A stretch of 64,000 nt of DNA from Leucoraja ocellata (GCA_036785375.1 JAWMAR010000128.1:4526001-4590000), one strand, 5' to 3'. Positions 1 through 12,917 are shown, numbered from the stretch's first letter. The notes: generated by a model from the sequence alone, not told the origin. Numbers and translations are program-made.

Positions 1-331
1 ATCGTTCCTATAGTCACGGCTGCCGTTCTCTCGGTGCAATATTTTGTTTTTAGCTTCTGGCAACAAATGGCGACAAATCTATTGAAGGTGAAGGCGACCG
101 TTAACCAGACGGAGCTGTCCGTGGCTGCGTAGGTTAGAGCAAGTTTCAACCTGCAAACCGGAGTGGTGGAGAGGAAGAGAACGGGGAAATAAATGGTGCT
201 AATCCGGTTCAGTATTACCGCCGTAATAAGAACGAGAAGGTCTGTCACCGCCATGCCCATCAGATACCAAGTGATACATTTAGAAAGCCCGCATCTTCCG
301 CGCGACAGGATCACAATGGTCACCATGTTAC
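1..331 (-). CDS. GPR139-like orphan GPCR copy A, exon 2 (5' part; runs off left edge)
   Basis: Acceptor ttattag|GT at 332/331. Open frame GNMVTIVILSRGRCGLSKCITWYLMGMAVTDLLVLITAVILNRISTIYFPVLFLSTTPVC...VWLTVAFTFNRFVAICCQKLKTKYCTERTA aligns with the 9284-10185 gene (TM1-TM3). Confidence 0.85.
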
Positions 332-2038
332 CTAATAAGGATAAAGGTAAATTATTAGCAAGTAGACCGCGCATGAAGTTCATAGATTTCACGCTATTCA
401 TTCGTGCAATCGAGACAGAAAACATAAGGATGGAGGGCACATGGTTTGATTGATAAAACAGGGAGAATCAGAAATAATGCATCGTTCAGAGGGAGCGTAA
501 CAGGGGAACGATGTGCAAAGAGAGACAGTCATAAAAGAGTTGTAACTAACATGAAAGGCTAACCAGAATCCGGCCCTGGGTTTCCTTATAATAACTCACT
601 AATATAGTAAAACGTGGTGATCTACACCTACTTGTGGAAAGGACCTAGCTGGATGTAGTGCTTAATGAAATGTGCGAAGAGAGGCGATGCTGGCAGATAT
701 TATATTATAGCGCACTTACCGCACAAGTAATAATTGAAAAGGATGTACTAATGACGAGGCAACGGATCGAGATTACACATATCATGCGTTGATTAGAAAG
801 GACTGTTGCATATTACAGAATATATCTTCTGATTCTTTGATACGCGGGATGGATTTGTTGGATACGGGATTTAAACGGCTGTAAAAGGGCAACCACTTAC
901 ATTCCTGCAGAAGTATGCACAACAAAGTAGATACAGCAAGATAGATCGTCATTAGCGATACATTTTGAATTGATATCCAGAGAAAGTAACAGCTGGAATA
1001 TTTGGATTAATATAAAACACTCCAGCATTCCGCTGAAGGAATGTTCGTCAAGCTTGTTGATGAAATATTGCAGAGGGTTGTTGAGGGGAAACGAGTAGAC
1101 AGTTTTAACACTGAATGTCTTGCTATCAAATTATCATGGACAACTTGAATATGAAACTGACTTTGGGACAGAAAAACCTGTCCTATTCCACAGATTATTT
1201 CTGCACGGAGGGATCGGTAAGCAGGGACATTCGCAATGGATCGTAATTTGGACCGTTGCTTTGTTTCAATATTACATTGATTAGTCTTGGATCTGCATTG
1301 TAAGTTTGAATGTTGTTATGAAATTAGATCTGAGAAGTGCAGTAAAGATTGATCCTTGATGTGACGAGGACGGTGATCGCCCAGTAGAATGAACAGATAT
1401 GACGGCAGATGAAATGTAATGCACAGAAATGTGGCGAAATACACTTGGCAGGACCGAAAGAAACAACATGGACATTTGTTCAACGCCAGAGAATGCGAAA
1501 GGGAGAAATATTGATGGGTTTCATGAAGACCAGAGTGAAGGGAGGGAATAAAAACTGAAAATCCTGGAATCTCTTAGAAGATTGTAGAAAGATAAATAAT
1601 TAACTCTTCAGGTTCCGGGACCATTTTTTTCCCAGAGCCTTCATGTCATAATCTATGATGATATTGCTATTACTCTGAAACGTTGTTTCTCAATGTAACC
1701 GCGGCGATATAGAGTACGGTAGGATTCCATTTGGCAGAACATTTCTATTTGGAAAATTGCTATGACAAGATGGCAAATATTAACGTCATATGAATTCTTG
1801 TGGAAACAAACCTTTTTAATTTATATTCATGGAAACAGATTTGAACTGAAATAAAGTTAAAAGAATAGGTCGATCCGAGTCAATGAATGGTTGGCCGATT
1901 TCTGCAGGGAAAGAAGAGCATGGCATTCTTTAGATTAGATTAGATTAGATTAGGTTCCTTTATTTGTCAATGAAAATACCAACAAGGCATCGAAACAGTT
2001 GAACTGATTTATAATGCACGTTTATTATAATTACTTAC

Positions 2039-2108
2039 CCGGGACGCCAATTATTGCCATAGCAGGGTAGGTAACTGCGTAGAATAAGCCCGTTACACGT
2101 CCATGCAT
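2039..2108 (-). CDS. GPR139-like GPCR copy A, exon 1 (MHGRVTGLFYAVTYPAMAIIGVP-G)
   Basis: ATG at 2108, 70 nt, donor CCG G|GTAAGT. Phase 1 matches the exon 2 acceptor. Same length and YP...IGVP motif as exon 1 of gene B. Confidence 0.85.
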
Positions 2109-3764
2109 TTTATATGAGGCACAATGGGGTCTTCTGGAAAGGCAGAGAACACTTTGTCCGTGATCTTCAAGGATACCTTTAAATAATTGTTCAATTCCCA
2201 GTGAGGCAATTAAACCGCACTGTTGCCAATGTAACGTCACCGCTGATCGCAATTGCACGCTTGGAAGATAATTAATCTTTTGACTTTTATTTGGGTTAAA
2301 TTTAACATGCAGTCATTTAAAAGTTTTTGTTTTTTTCGAAAAAAATATTTTTGCGAAACGCCACACAAACTGGAAATGAAATAGACAAATTCATGGGATA
2401 CAATAAGGTCCAGTCCACAGTTAATCTGAACCTTCGAGTCGTTAATGTTTTTTTTAAAAAGGTTTTGATGCGCCGCAATTATTTATTAATTCTGAGTGAC
2501 TAGTTAAGCAACATTGTTTGTTTCATTATTATTCTACTGACGCGTGTGGTAATTCATTTCAACGCCTATATTGTAGACTATTAATATTGTCAAGTATGAA
2601 TAGCTATAGCGTATTATACGTTTTGCATTATAAATCATACATGGTTTTGATATCGAAAACGGTACTGGCGTATCCTATACTTCCAGTTAATGTTTATTTC
2701 AAATAACTGAAAAGGCACAATTTCATCTCCAACTGAATTAAATGTGAAGACAGTGTGTTCTAATTACGTTCAACCGTAAGGTAGAAATCCATTAATCCTT
2801 GATATTCCTTGTACTCAAAAGCCGAGCTTAATTTCGACAGAATATGCTTGTTCAGCATAGGTTTATTCAATAAAAGCAGCAGGTACAATTGGCGGAGGCA
2901 AAACGCGATAATATATTCTGTCTGTGTTGGAACCTGGAATGTGCGGGTTGTAACGTGTTGCTTTTCTGCAAAATAAATTTATTGAAAAATCACAAAAGAT
3001 GATTCATAGCATCATACAACCGGTCTCGTCCATGCTGACCAAGATAACATATGGAAGCTTGGCCCAATTCTCCCCCATTTAGCAGATATAATCTAAATCC
3101 ATCAATGTTATAAAGTTATCAATGATCCTGTCGAAATGTGTGTTTTGTTTTAATGTTTTCATTTTTCCTGCCCTCTGGAAGCAGATACCCACTACCATCT
3201 GTGTAAAAAACGTTATCCTCCGCAGGATAATTAAACATACCCTATAGTTCTTCACTCCTTTACCCCGAGCGCACTCGACCTATCCATTCTAACGATGATT
3301 TCTACTTCTCCATAAATTAACTGCGCAGACTCCCTGTCCCTAAGAGAAAAATCCTGGCCTTTCAATATTGTGACCCTCAAAACCTGGCAATCCCTGTAAA
3401 GTTGTTCCACAGTCATTCCATCGTTAACTGCAGCATTACGATAGCAGGGTGACCAAAATCTGAGCAGGTCACCAACTGCGGCACGACCCTACCTGCCCGT
3501 GACGCCACTATCCGGGAACTATGAGCTTCTAGTGTCAGATTCCTCTACTCTGTAACATTCGTTATGGCCTTAGGTTTATTGTGAAGGTTGTTATTGACTC
3601 TGGTTTGACGTCCAAAAAATGCACCATCTCAGAATTGTCTGAATTAAACTACATATTCCATTTCCCGGGCATCTTGCGCTGCTCATTATGTCCCTTCGGT
3701 AATTCTTCATAAATATCATCACGATGCCTCCTATTTTAGTGTCTTCTACAAATATAATAATTCG

Positions 3765-4775
3765 GCGTGTGAGAATCCCCAGGGCACACAGCACAAGCGG
3801 AGACCAACAACCATCAGTTCAATGTCCGGGCCACACATCCGCTCCTTCACTGTGACGTGACAAAGTAAGCATGCAAGTACAGCAGGCGGTGAAGAAAGCG
3901 AAGTTGGCCTTTATAACAAGAGGAATCGAATATAGGAGCAAAGAGGTCCTTCTGCAGTTGTATAGAGCCCTAGTGAGACAACACCTGGAGTATTGTGTGC
4001 AGTTTTGGTCCCCTAATTTGAGGAAGGACATTCTTGCTGTTGAGGGAGTGCAGCATAGGTTCACATGGTTAATTCCCGGGATGGCGGGACTGTCAGATGC
4101 TGGGGGAATGGAACAGCTAGCTGGGCTTGTACACTCTGGAGTTTAAAAGGATGAGATGGGATCCCATTGAAACATATAAGATTGTTAAGGGCTTGGACAC
4201 ACTAGAGGCAGGAAACATGTTCCCGATGTTGGGGGAGTCCAGAACCAGGGGCCACGGATAAGAATAACGTGTAAGCCATTTAGAACGGAGACGATTAATC
4301 ACTTTTTCTCACAGAGTGGTAAGTCTGTGGAATTCTCTGCCTCAGAGGGCGATGGAGGCAGGTTCTCTGGATGCTTTCAAGAGAGAGCTAGATAGGGGTC
4401 TTAAAAATAGCGGAGTCAGGGGATATGGGGAGAAGGCAGGAACGGGGTACTGATTTGGGATGATCAGCCATAATCACATTGAATGGCGGTACTGGCTCGA
4501 ATGGCCAAATGGCCTACTCCTGCACCTATTGTCTATTGTGTATTGTGACCAGAATTGTACTGACCGCTGTCACTCGCTCTGCAGTCCCTGTCCGCCGAGC
4601 AGTCAGAAAGCCATCCACACTCGCACTAGACTCCGGGAGGTCCGCATGGAGCGATGTCGCCGCAAACACCGAGATCACTGCACTCACGGCACTCCCTCCG
4701 GGGCCTCACCAGTGCGGGCAGCTTGTCCATCGTGTGTTGACGGCGACCTCACACTCCCCAATGTGATGGAAGGCA
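3765..4775 (-). mobile_element. Degraded Rex1/Babar-type LINE endonuclease fragment, interrupted by a CR1
   Basis: Minus-strand pieces resemble the APE motifs of this clade: ...MDKLPALVRPRRECRECS..., SVDGFLTA..DRDCRAS and YNSGH|VTVKERMCGPDIELMVVGLR. Confidence 0.6.
3862..4544 (+). mobile_element. CR1-clade LINE 3' fragment, (CTATTGT)n-tail subfamily
   Basis: ORF2 C-terminus QVQQAVKKA...HLEYCVQFWSP, conserved 3' UTR and tail; possible gtgac target duplication. Confidence 0.9.
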
Positions 4776-5914
4776 AATAACTTGTTCCTTCTTTCCTCCT
4801 TTACTCCAGCGGTCGGGGTAATCGAAAAATCCGCAGTCGGGCGATCGAAGCTCCCGCAGTCGGCGATCGAAGACGCTGCATTGGGGCGATCGGGGCTCCC
4901 GCAATTCGGGCGGTCGAAGTTCCTGCGTTTGGAGATCCCGAAGTGAATCCCTCACCAAGGGACCGCCAGCTCCACGATATTAAGGCCGCCGTGCGGACGG
5001 AGATCCGATACGGAAAAAGTCGCATCTCCGTCGAGGGAATAGATACCCCCCCCCCCCCCCCCCCCTCACATAATATAAAAATACACTAAAACATACAAGT
5101 AAAAGCAGACAAGTAGCGCTTGGGGCCAAAAGAATCAAGGGATACGGGGAAAAAGCAGGAACTGATTTTTGATGAGGAACCATGATCATATTGGCTCGAG
5201 GGCCGAATGGCGTACTCCTGCACATATTTTTATATGTTTAACAACGACAAATAAAAGAAAAACAGCATTTGAAATCTCCAACCATACCACAGGTCAAATC
5301 AAATGTACCTTACACACTTTCAGGACCTTGTACGTTATTTCACAAGTTACCAGATTTTAATACAAAATGATAAGGGGCATAAGGGTGTAATGGGAACATT
5401 CCTACATACAGCAGAGGTGTCCTTACTCAGATGGCATAGTATTTAAGAGGTTTCAAGGCGACAGGGGGTACGGTTCAAGGTGAAGGGTTTGATAGAAACT
5501 GGTGCAGGTATACCACTATGACGCGACGGTTGACGTCCCTAAGAAATCTCGCATTATAGAAAATCGCATTATGAAAACAGATATATCAAATGGGTAATAA
5601 CAAAATTATTTTTTTCTGGTAGATTCATCAAAAATAAAACTATTTTCAATACCAATATGCTTGTTTTATTATTGCAAGCTAAAATGCCAAAACATGTGTA
5701 TTACATGGTTTTACAGAGTATCGTTGTACAATTTTAATAAAGGATATTTTAATTTCAACGACTGGTTAAGTAGCCACTATGTTCAGGAGAGACAATGGTG
5801 TTTGATTACTGCGGTGATATTACATAGAAGGATTGTTTCCTCCTCCACATTTGGGTTACTCTTTTCAAGTTTGGTTATCCTGTTACAAGAAAAACCATTG
5901 GTAAGCTGTAAAGG

Positions 5915-6340
5915 GTGCAGAAAATAGTTACGAGAATGTTCCCAGGACTCAAGGGCCTGAGCTATCGGGAGAGGTTGAGCAGGCCGGAACGTTTTTTCTT
6001 GGAAAGCGGGAGTATCACGGGTGAGCAAATATGCAGCGGTTGAATCGAGAACCAGAGGACAAAGGTGTAATGTGAGAAGTGGACATTTTAATAGGAACCC
6101 GAGGAAACTTTATCACACAAAGAATGGCGGATACATGAAAGGAGCTGCCAGGGATGGTGGTTGAGGCGGGTACTATCACTACAATTAAAATACATTTGGA
6201 CAGACACGTGGATAGGAAAAGTTTAGAAGGATATGGGCCAAACGCGGGCAGGTGGGACTGGTGTTGATGGGGCTGGTTGATCGGCCTGTAAATGTGGGCC
6301 TAAGGGCTTGTTACCAGGATGTATGACTCTATGACTGTAT
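5915..6340 (+). mobile_element. Old CR1 LINE 3' fragment
   Basis: Degenerate CR1 3' end finishing in gtatgactctatgact. Confidence 0.6.
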
Positions 6341-6687
6341 GGCGCTCGGTCCGATCAAATATGGCCACGTCTATGTTTAACCTGCCAAATGGCTGGTCAC
6401 GCAAAAATTTCTTAAACTCGTACTGGGATTGGATTCGCAAAGACCTCTTTACTTTGGTTACAAAGATGCACAATATTCAGTTAATTAAAAATATCTGATA
6501 CCCGGTTCCAAAGCTTGGATATTAAAATTTTCTTTCTGAATATTGATGCATGTATTTCCTCTCAGTAAGGTTACGCCGTGGTTCAAACACTCTACACCTA
6601 TGCCGCATACCTACTCTATTCTTTGTTATTTTAAAATGTGTCCCCAACTTCTCACCATTCATTGGGAGAGTCAAGGCTTGAAACGTT

Positions 6688-7112
6688 TAGAAACACAGAA
6701 ACATAGAAAATACGTGCAGGTGCAGGCCATTCGGCCCTTCGAGCCTGCACCGCCATTCAATATGATCATGGCTGATCATCCAACTCAGTATTCTGTACCT
6801 GCCTTCTCTCCATACCCCCGATCCCTTTAGCCACAACGGCCACATCTAACTCCCTCTTAAATATAGCCAATAAACTGGCCGCAACTACATTCTGTGGCAG
6901 AGAATTCCAGAGATTCACCACTCACTGTGTGAAAAATGTTTTTCTCATCTCGGTCCTAAAAGTCTTCCCCCTTATCCTTAAACTGTGACCCCTTGTTCTG
7001 GACTTCCCCAACATCGAGAACAATCTTCCTACATGTAGCCTGTCCAACCCCTTGAGAATGTTGTAAGTTTCTATAAGATTCCCCCTCAATCTTCTAAATT
7101 CTAGCGAGTACA
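6688..7112 (-). mobile_element. CR1 (HER1-like) LINE 3' fragment
   Basis: YSLEFRRLRG..RTRGHSLRI motif and (TTTCTATG)n-type tail on the minus strand. Confidence 0.9.
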
Positions 7113-7568
7113 TTATTATGTTTCTCGCTCCAGAATTGCATTGTTTTCCTAATTTTCCTGTTTTTAGTTGAGCAAATTAGCGTAAAATTCATTGAATGGT
7201 AGATACGGCGACTATAAGATTAAAAGAGAAGCGTGAAAGATCGGCTCACATTAAACCTTCTAATGGTTTGAGGAAATGAACATCCGTACAGGTAAGGGGA
7301 ACAATGAGTGGGCATTTGGGGTATTCTCTTCTACTTTCTGAAGCTATTCGTCAAACTGATATTCCTGCTTTATCAAATTAATATACAAAGTAGACAAACA
7401 GGCGAGCCCTTTAACTTGTGTATTTAATGAATCGGTTAATTGGCCCACGGAGGATTTCCATGAATTATATTAAGAGAGCCGTTTTGCCTTTCACACACTG
7501 TCGAATAGTTTCCTGCGGTTCCGGAGACCGCCACAAGTAGAAGTTCCAGAGAGCGCCACGTATAGAAA

Positions 7569-7638
7569 ATGCATGGACATGTGGAGGGCCTGGTGTACGC
7601 TATTTATTATCCAATTCTTGCAGTTATTGGAGTTCCAG
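7569..7638 (+). CDS. GPR139-like GPCR gene B, exon 1 (MHGHVEGLVYAIYYPILAVIGVP-G)
   Basis: ATG 7569, donor CCA G|GTAAGG at 7639, 70 nt like the paralogs. Not in the ORF track because it is short. Confidence 0.9.
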
Positions 7639-7697
7639 GTAAGGTGTTTTGATAACTCGTCCCCTTTTACAGCTAATCGATTTGAGAATCTGTTATT

Positions 7698-7826
7698 TAA
7701 GAAGGAACTGCAAATGCTGGAAAATCGAAGGCGCACAAAAATGCTGGAGAAACTCAGCGGGTGCAGCAGCATCTATGGAGCAAGGGAAATGGACAACGTT
7801 TCGGGCCGAAACCCTTCTTCAGTCTG
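7698..7826 (-). mobile_element. Penelope-derived short element (pseudo-LTR) with minimal hammerhead motif
   Basis: Minus strand CTGAAGA-A-GGGT TTCG GCCC-GAAACGTT. Same sequence as the terminal repeat next to the GIY-YIG fragment at 52.5 kb. Confidence 0.7.
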
Positions 7827-9283
7827 TTATGTTCTCGATATGTCAAGTGACAGGATTTCTACCTAAGGTTACTTCCATGCAGATATATCCATGGATTGCT
7901 TTAAATTTCATCTGTGGAGCTTGATCATTTTATCTTATGTAATGCAGCGATTTTGAAAGGTTTCTTTGGGTATTTTGTTTTAATAGAATGAGTGAGATGA
8001 GTGAGCTTAGAACAGAAACATACAGGGCAGGAACATGCTCGTTGGGTCCCAATGACTCTGCTGTGCATGATACCTACCTATCGCGATGCCCTATGGCTGA
8101 ACATGTTCCATATCCCTCCATTCAGTGCATATACTATCTAAAATCCCTTAAAATACTCAAATTTACTCTGTTGCCGTTCGTACAATTGGCAGCGCGTTCC
8201 AGGAATCAACAACTTCGTTTAAAAGACGTGCCCCCCACATCTCCTTTAAACACCCTCCTCTGACATTACTGGTATTCGCTGCAGTATTTTTAATTTTCAC
8301 CATGGGAAAAAGGTTCGCCTGATCTACCCTATCTTTGCCTCTGATTAATTTATAAACTTCTAGAAGATCACCCTTTCATCCTCCAATCCTCCAGGAAAAA
8401 ACAATCATTTTGTATCTAATCTCTCCATAGTTGCAGCATCCTGGTGAACCCTTCTTCGCACCGCCATATCCTTCCTGCAACGGTGTGACAAAAAACTGCG
8501 CATAATAGTCTAAACGTGGCTTAACCAAAGTTCCCAAATGCTGCTACGTGTCTTCTTGACGCTTATACTCAATGCCCCGGTCAATGAATGTAAGTATACC
8601 ACATAACATCTTTACTAATATCGACATGGAGCTACCGACGTGGAAGCCAATACCCCTTTGTGCATCAATGCTGCTAAATCTCCTTTCATTAACTGTATGT
8701 TTCCCCTTAAATTTAACTTCCGAAAATGCAACACCTCATATTTGGCCGATTAAACACTATCTGCCATATCTAGTCCCTTATCTGTAATCGAATTATATCC
8801 TGTTGCATGTTAGACAACCCTTTTATTTGTCCGCAACTCCAGCAATTTTCGAATCGTCTTCAAACTTTCTGACTTGAAATTCGTCTGCAGCTTGCACCAG
8901 TGCTTTTCAATATGTTAAATAAATCTCGTCATATCAGAAATATTGTCCACTTACACATGCGCTTGTTCAATCTAATACCTCAGCAATGATCATGAAGTAT
9001 ATTGAGAGAAAAGCGGTCCATTAATTCAGGGGCGTCAGTTTCTAGTTTTTGCTGTCCTTCCCCCATCCGGCTTTAAAGAAAATAGATCATAGTTTGCGTG
9101 GATTATTTTTCAGAATATCCCGGATTTCTCTACTCCCAATGCAGATGGATAAGTTCCCTGTTTGCGGGGAACTTATTTATGAGATTCGCTGTGGTGGAGC
9201 TGTGGGTTGCTTATGTAGGTGAAATGCAGCCAGAATGCATTGGACCGAGTACGCTGAATGTATATTTTATTTTACCCAACTAG

Positions 9284-10185
9284 GTAACATTGTGACGATT
9301 ATAATTCTGTCCCGAGGAAGGTGTGGTCTCACCCGTTGCATCACTCGGTACCTGGTTGGCATGGCAGCGACGGATCTCCTGGTCCTTATCATGGCAGTGA
9401 TATTACACAGGATCAGCATGCTATATTTTCCGGTCCTTTTTCTCCAAACGACTCCAGTGTGCAGCCTCAGAATCGCTCTAATTTTTGCAACCAGGGACAG
9501 CTCTGTCTGGTTAACTGTCGCGTTCACCTTCGATCGTTTCGTGGCCATTTGCTCTCAGAAGCTGAAAACAAAGTATTGCACAGAGAAAACGGCTGCTGTC
9601 GTTATAGGAGTGGTCTGTGTTCTGTCTTTTGTGAAAAACATCCCCATGTACTTTGTGATTGAACCTTTATATATAATCAATAATGTACCGTGGTACTGCA
9701 ACTTTAGGTTAAGCTTTTACTCTAATACCTTATGGACGATCTTTAATTGGATTGATCATGCTTTAAATCCGTGTGCGCCCTTCGTTGTGATGTTATTGCT
9801 CAACGCCCTGACCGTCAGATATATTCTCGTGGCGAGCAGAGCACGCAAGAGAGTTCGGGGCCAGAGCCATGGAGAGAAAGAAAGAGACCCGGAGATGGAG
9901 AGTCGGAGGAAGTCTATTGTTTTACTCTTCACAATTTCCGGCAGTTTCCTCGTGTTGTGGACGACACGCGTTGTCAATTTTTTACTTGTTCGGTTTACGA
10001 AGAGTAATTATTCGACGGGATCGAATCCCAATAACCCAAGATTTATTCTGCAAGAAGCCGGTGTCATGTTGCAACTACTTAGCTGCTGCACAAACACGTG
10101 CATTTATGCAGGAACTCAGAGAAAATTTAGGGAGGAATTTAAAAATGGAGTTAAGTATTTGCTTAATCTCATTATAAGAAAGTAA
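9284..10185 (+). CDS. GPR139/GPR142-like orphan class A GPCR gene B, exon 2 (spliced product 323 aa, 7TM, intact)
   Basis: Acceptor caactag|GT. GN in TM1, TDLL in TM2, FDRFVAIC at the end of TM3, NTCIY in TM7 and KFREEF helix 8; stop TAA 10183-10185. The family call rests on recalled similarity to the expanded chondrichthyan GPR139-like receptors. Confidence 0.9.
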
Positions 10186-10249
10186 AGCAAATAACATAGA
10201 GGAATTGTTTGCACCTTCGTTGCCCAGTTTTTTGAGAACATCCACTTAG

Positions 10250-10729
10250 CCAGACTGATTCCTGGGAGTCAGGACTTTCATATGAAGAAAGACTGGATAA
10301 ACTCGGCTTGTACTCGGTAGAATTTAGAAGATTTAAGGGGGGATCTTATAGAAACGTACAAAATTCTTAAGGGGTTGGACAGACCAGATGCAGGAAGATT
10401 GTTCCCGATGTTGGGGAAGCCCAGGACAAGCGGTAACAGTTTAAGGATAAAGGGGGAATCCTTTAGGACCGAGATGAGAAATACATTTTTCACACAGAGA
10501 GTGGTAAATCTCTGGAACTCTCTGCCACAGAAGGTAGTTGAGGCCAGTTCATTGGCTGTATTTAAGAGGCAGTTAGATGTGGCCCTTGTGGCTAAAGGGA
10601 TCAGGGGGTATGGAGAGAAGGCAGGTACAGGATACTGAGTTGGATAATCAGCCATGATCATATTGAATGGCGGTGCAGGCTCGAAGGACGAATGGCCTAC
10701 TCCTGCACCTATTTTCTATGTGTCTATGT
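10250..10729 (+). mobile_element. CR1 LINE 3' fragment
   Basis: ORF2 end ...FFTQRVVNLWNSLP...GEKAGTGY*, 3' UTR and tail. Confidence 0.9.
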
Positions 10730-11164
10730 TAACCTATATCTTCAGCAACCCCTTTAATTCTGCAATACGTTTCCAGATCCTCACAGCACCGCACCCGTGG
10801 CAAAGCATTAAGCGTGATAACATTTGATGTTTCAACTGTTTCATACCAATACACCTTAAAATTGCCCAACAGTTTGCAAGTGTTTTTTTTTGGATTTTTG
10901 GTTCGGATTGTCACAATTTCCCAGAACCATTGGAACAAGTCAGGTGTTGAGATACATAGTAACAAATACTATGGTCAGATATCAACCGCTCTCTGCACAT
11001 AAAGCGTACCCCATTATAACTGTTTTCTTCTTATCTGCCCTCCTGATTTTGATAGCCCAACCATTTGCGACGTTCGGACTTGCTGCCCTATCTCTGCCTC
11101 TCATATCCATGTATACGTTCATCAGGTCACACCTCAGCTTCATTCCCTCCAGTGAAAGAAATTC

Positions 11165-11340
11165 TGGGTGCACAAAAATGCTGGAGAAACTCAGCGGGTG
11201 CAGCAGCATCTATGTAGCGAAGGAGATAGGCAACGTTTCGGGTCTTCTTCAGACCCTTCTTCAAAACCCTTCTTCAGACCCTTTTCCAGCATTTTTGTGT
11301 ACCTTCGATTTTCCAGCATCTGCAGTTCCCTCTTAAACAA
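11165..11340. mobile_element. Penelope-derived inverted-repeat element
   Basis: cacaaaaatgctgg...ccagcatttttgtg inverted arms with a scrambled hammerhead core (cccttcttca stutter). Confidence 0.6.
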
Positions 11341-11619
11341 AGGAATTCTGACATGTCCAATAGCTCTCCGTCAGAAAACACTGAAACTAGGCGACGTTTT
11401 TCGCATCGCTCCAGCGCATTCACGTCCGTCTTCTAATGTGGGACTGAGCCAGTGTTTTGTGAACCGACTATTATATTTTACGTCCGACCGATGAAGGCAA
11501 GCGTGCATTATCATTTATGCGCCACCAAGTTTGTCTGTTTTGCATTACCTGTACTACGAAAACCTTGAACTTCCACCCACGAGGTCTCTCTGTTCATTAA
11601 CATTCCTTGACATCCTACC

Positions 11620-11719
11620 GAAGATAGACACGAAAAAGCTGCAATAACTCAGCGGGACAGGCAACATCTCTGGAGAGAACGAATGGGTGACGTTTCGGGT
11701 CGAGACCCTTCTTCAGACT
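11620..11719 (-). mobile_element. Penelope-derived pseudo-LTR with intact hammerhead core
   Basis: Minus strand agtCTGAAGAAGGGTCTCGACCCGAAACGTCacc. Confidence 0.7.
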
Positions 11720-11796
11720 TCCTACCGTTTGCCATCCGTCATATCTCTATTTGACACCCCAGAAGGCATCAGATTGGGGCTATCATCTATCCGCAA

Positions 11797-11884
11797 ATAT
11801 ATAAATTATATATATATATATAAATTATAAATATATATATGGTAGAATATATATATATGGAGAGAGAGAGAGAGAGAGAGAGAG
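11797..11884. repeat. (TA)n/(GA)n microsatellite
   Basis: Read directly from the sequence. Confidence 0.9.
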
Positions 11885-12333
11885 CGAATTTTGAGGGGAA
11901 AAAAAATATTCTACCACTGCACATTAACTCTATCACCAAGCCAATTTTTGACTCAAAATTTTCACCTTGCCTTAGGTCTTATTTCCATTAAACATCTGTA
12001 CCTATCTACCAGGCGCAACCTTGTGAAATGCCTAACTAAAGTCCACAGTGAGAAAATTTACTGCCCAACGTTCACCAATATCATGTGCTCCCTCGTCAAG
12101 CTAGTGTGATAGGATTCTCCCTGCACAAAGCACGCGGGTTATACGCAATCTGCCTCCACCGTTCCACATCGCCATGTATTCTGTTCCTTAGAAATGCCCC
12201 CAATGTTTTTTCTACCAATGAATCACCTGATTTATCTCTGCTGATCTGCTGAAAAATAAAGGAACTGCTTTCGCAATCTCTCAGTCTTCTGCTCACTCGG
12301 CTGCACATAACGAGGATGCAAAATCAAATTCAG

Positions 12334-12917
12334 AAATATTACACTTGGAAAACATTGGATATTTCTTAATTGACAAACCAGAATTATTCATTAGAATATG
12401 GTTTTCATTTATAGATTACTTGAAGGGGTAAATCGGACCGGCACGGAGGCCGGACTGAAGCCTGAACCCAGGACTAGATGAATAATTATGTTCTCTGACC
12501 TACGGACCTATCTCCCAAGTTTATGTATTATTGATNNNNNNNNNNNNNNNNNNNNNNNNNNNNNNNNNNNNNNNNNNNNNNNNNNNNNNNNNNNNNNNNN
12601 NNNNNNNNNNNNNNNNNNNNNNNNNNNNNNNNNNNNNNNNNNNNNNNNNNNNNNNNNNNNNNNNNNNNNNNNNNNNNNNNNNNNNNNNNNNNNNNNNNNN
12701 NNNNNNNNNNNNNNNNNNNNNNNNNNNNNNNNNNNNNNNNNNNNNNNNNGAGGCTATGTTAATAGGTAACCGATAAAGGAGGATCCCAGCTACTTTGGTA
12801 ACTGGGTCCCTGGAAACCTGGATATTTAATATATAACCGTTAAACAAAGTCTGTACTGGTTTGGATTATGATATGCAGATGTCTCCAATAAAAATGTATT
12901 TAAAATAAAAAACAAAA
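12334..12917 (+). mobile_element. L1/Tx1-type LINE 3' fragment spanning gap 1
   Basis: ILHLENIGYFLIDKPELFIRIWFSFIDYLKG* resembles the L1 ORF2 C-terminus. AATAAA and an A-rich tail follow the gap. Direct repeat caaattcag at 12325-12333 and 12918-12926. Confidence 0.6.
12536..12749. other. Assembly gap (214 N)
   Basis: N run. Confidence 1.

Larger units (their letters stand above)
1..3762 (+). repeat. Segmental duplication, copy 1 (paralog of 17872-21604)
   Basis: Near-identical collinear sequence from atcgttcctatagtcacgg to caaatataataatt in both places. Confidence 0.95.

Noticed and set aside
4831-4925. About 23-bp imperfect repeats (cgcagtcgggcgatcgaag) suggesting an array
   Set aside because: Short GC-rich tandem without unique spacers, probably within a repeat element; not CRISPR-like.
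9235-9283. ORF-track start MHWTEYAECIFYFTQL for the GPCR
   Set aside because: This is intron sequence ending in the acceptor; the conserved exon 1 is at 7569-7638.
12044-12085. CACAGTG heptamers (here and near 16279) as possible RSS
   Set aside because: No nonamer at 12- or 22/23-bp spacing and no adjacent V, D or J coding sequence.
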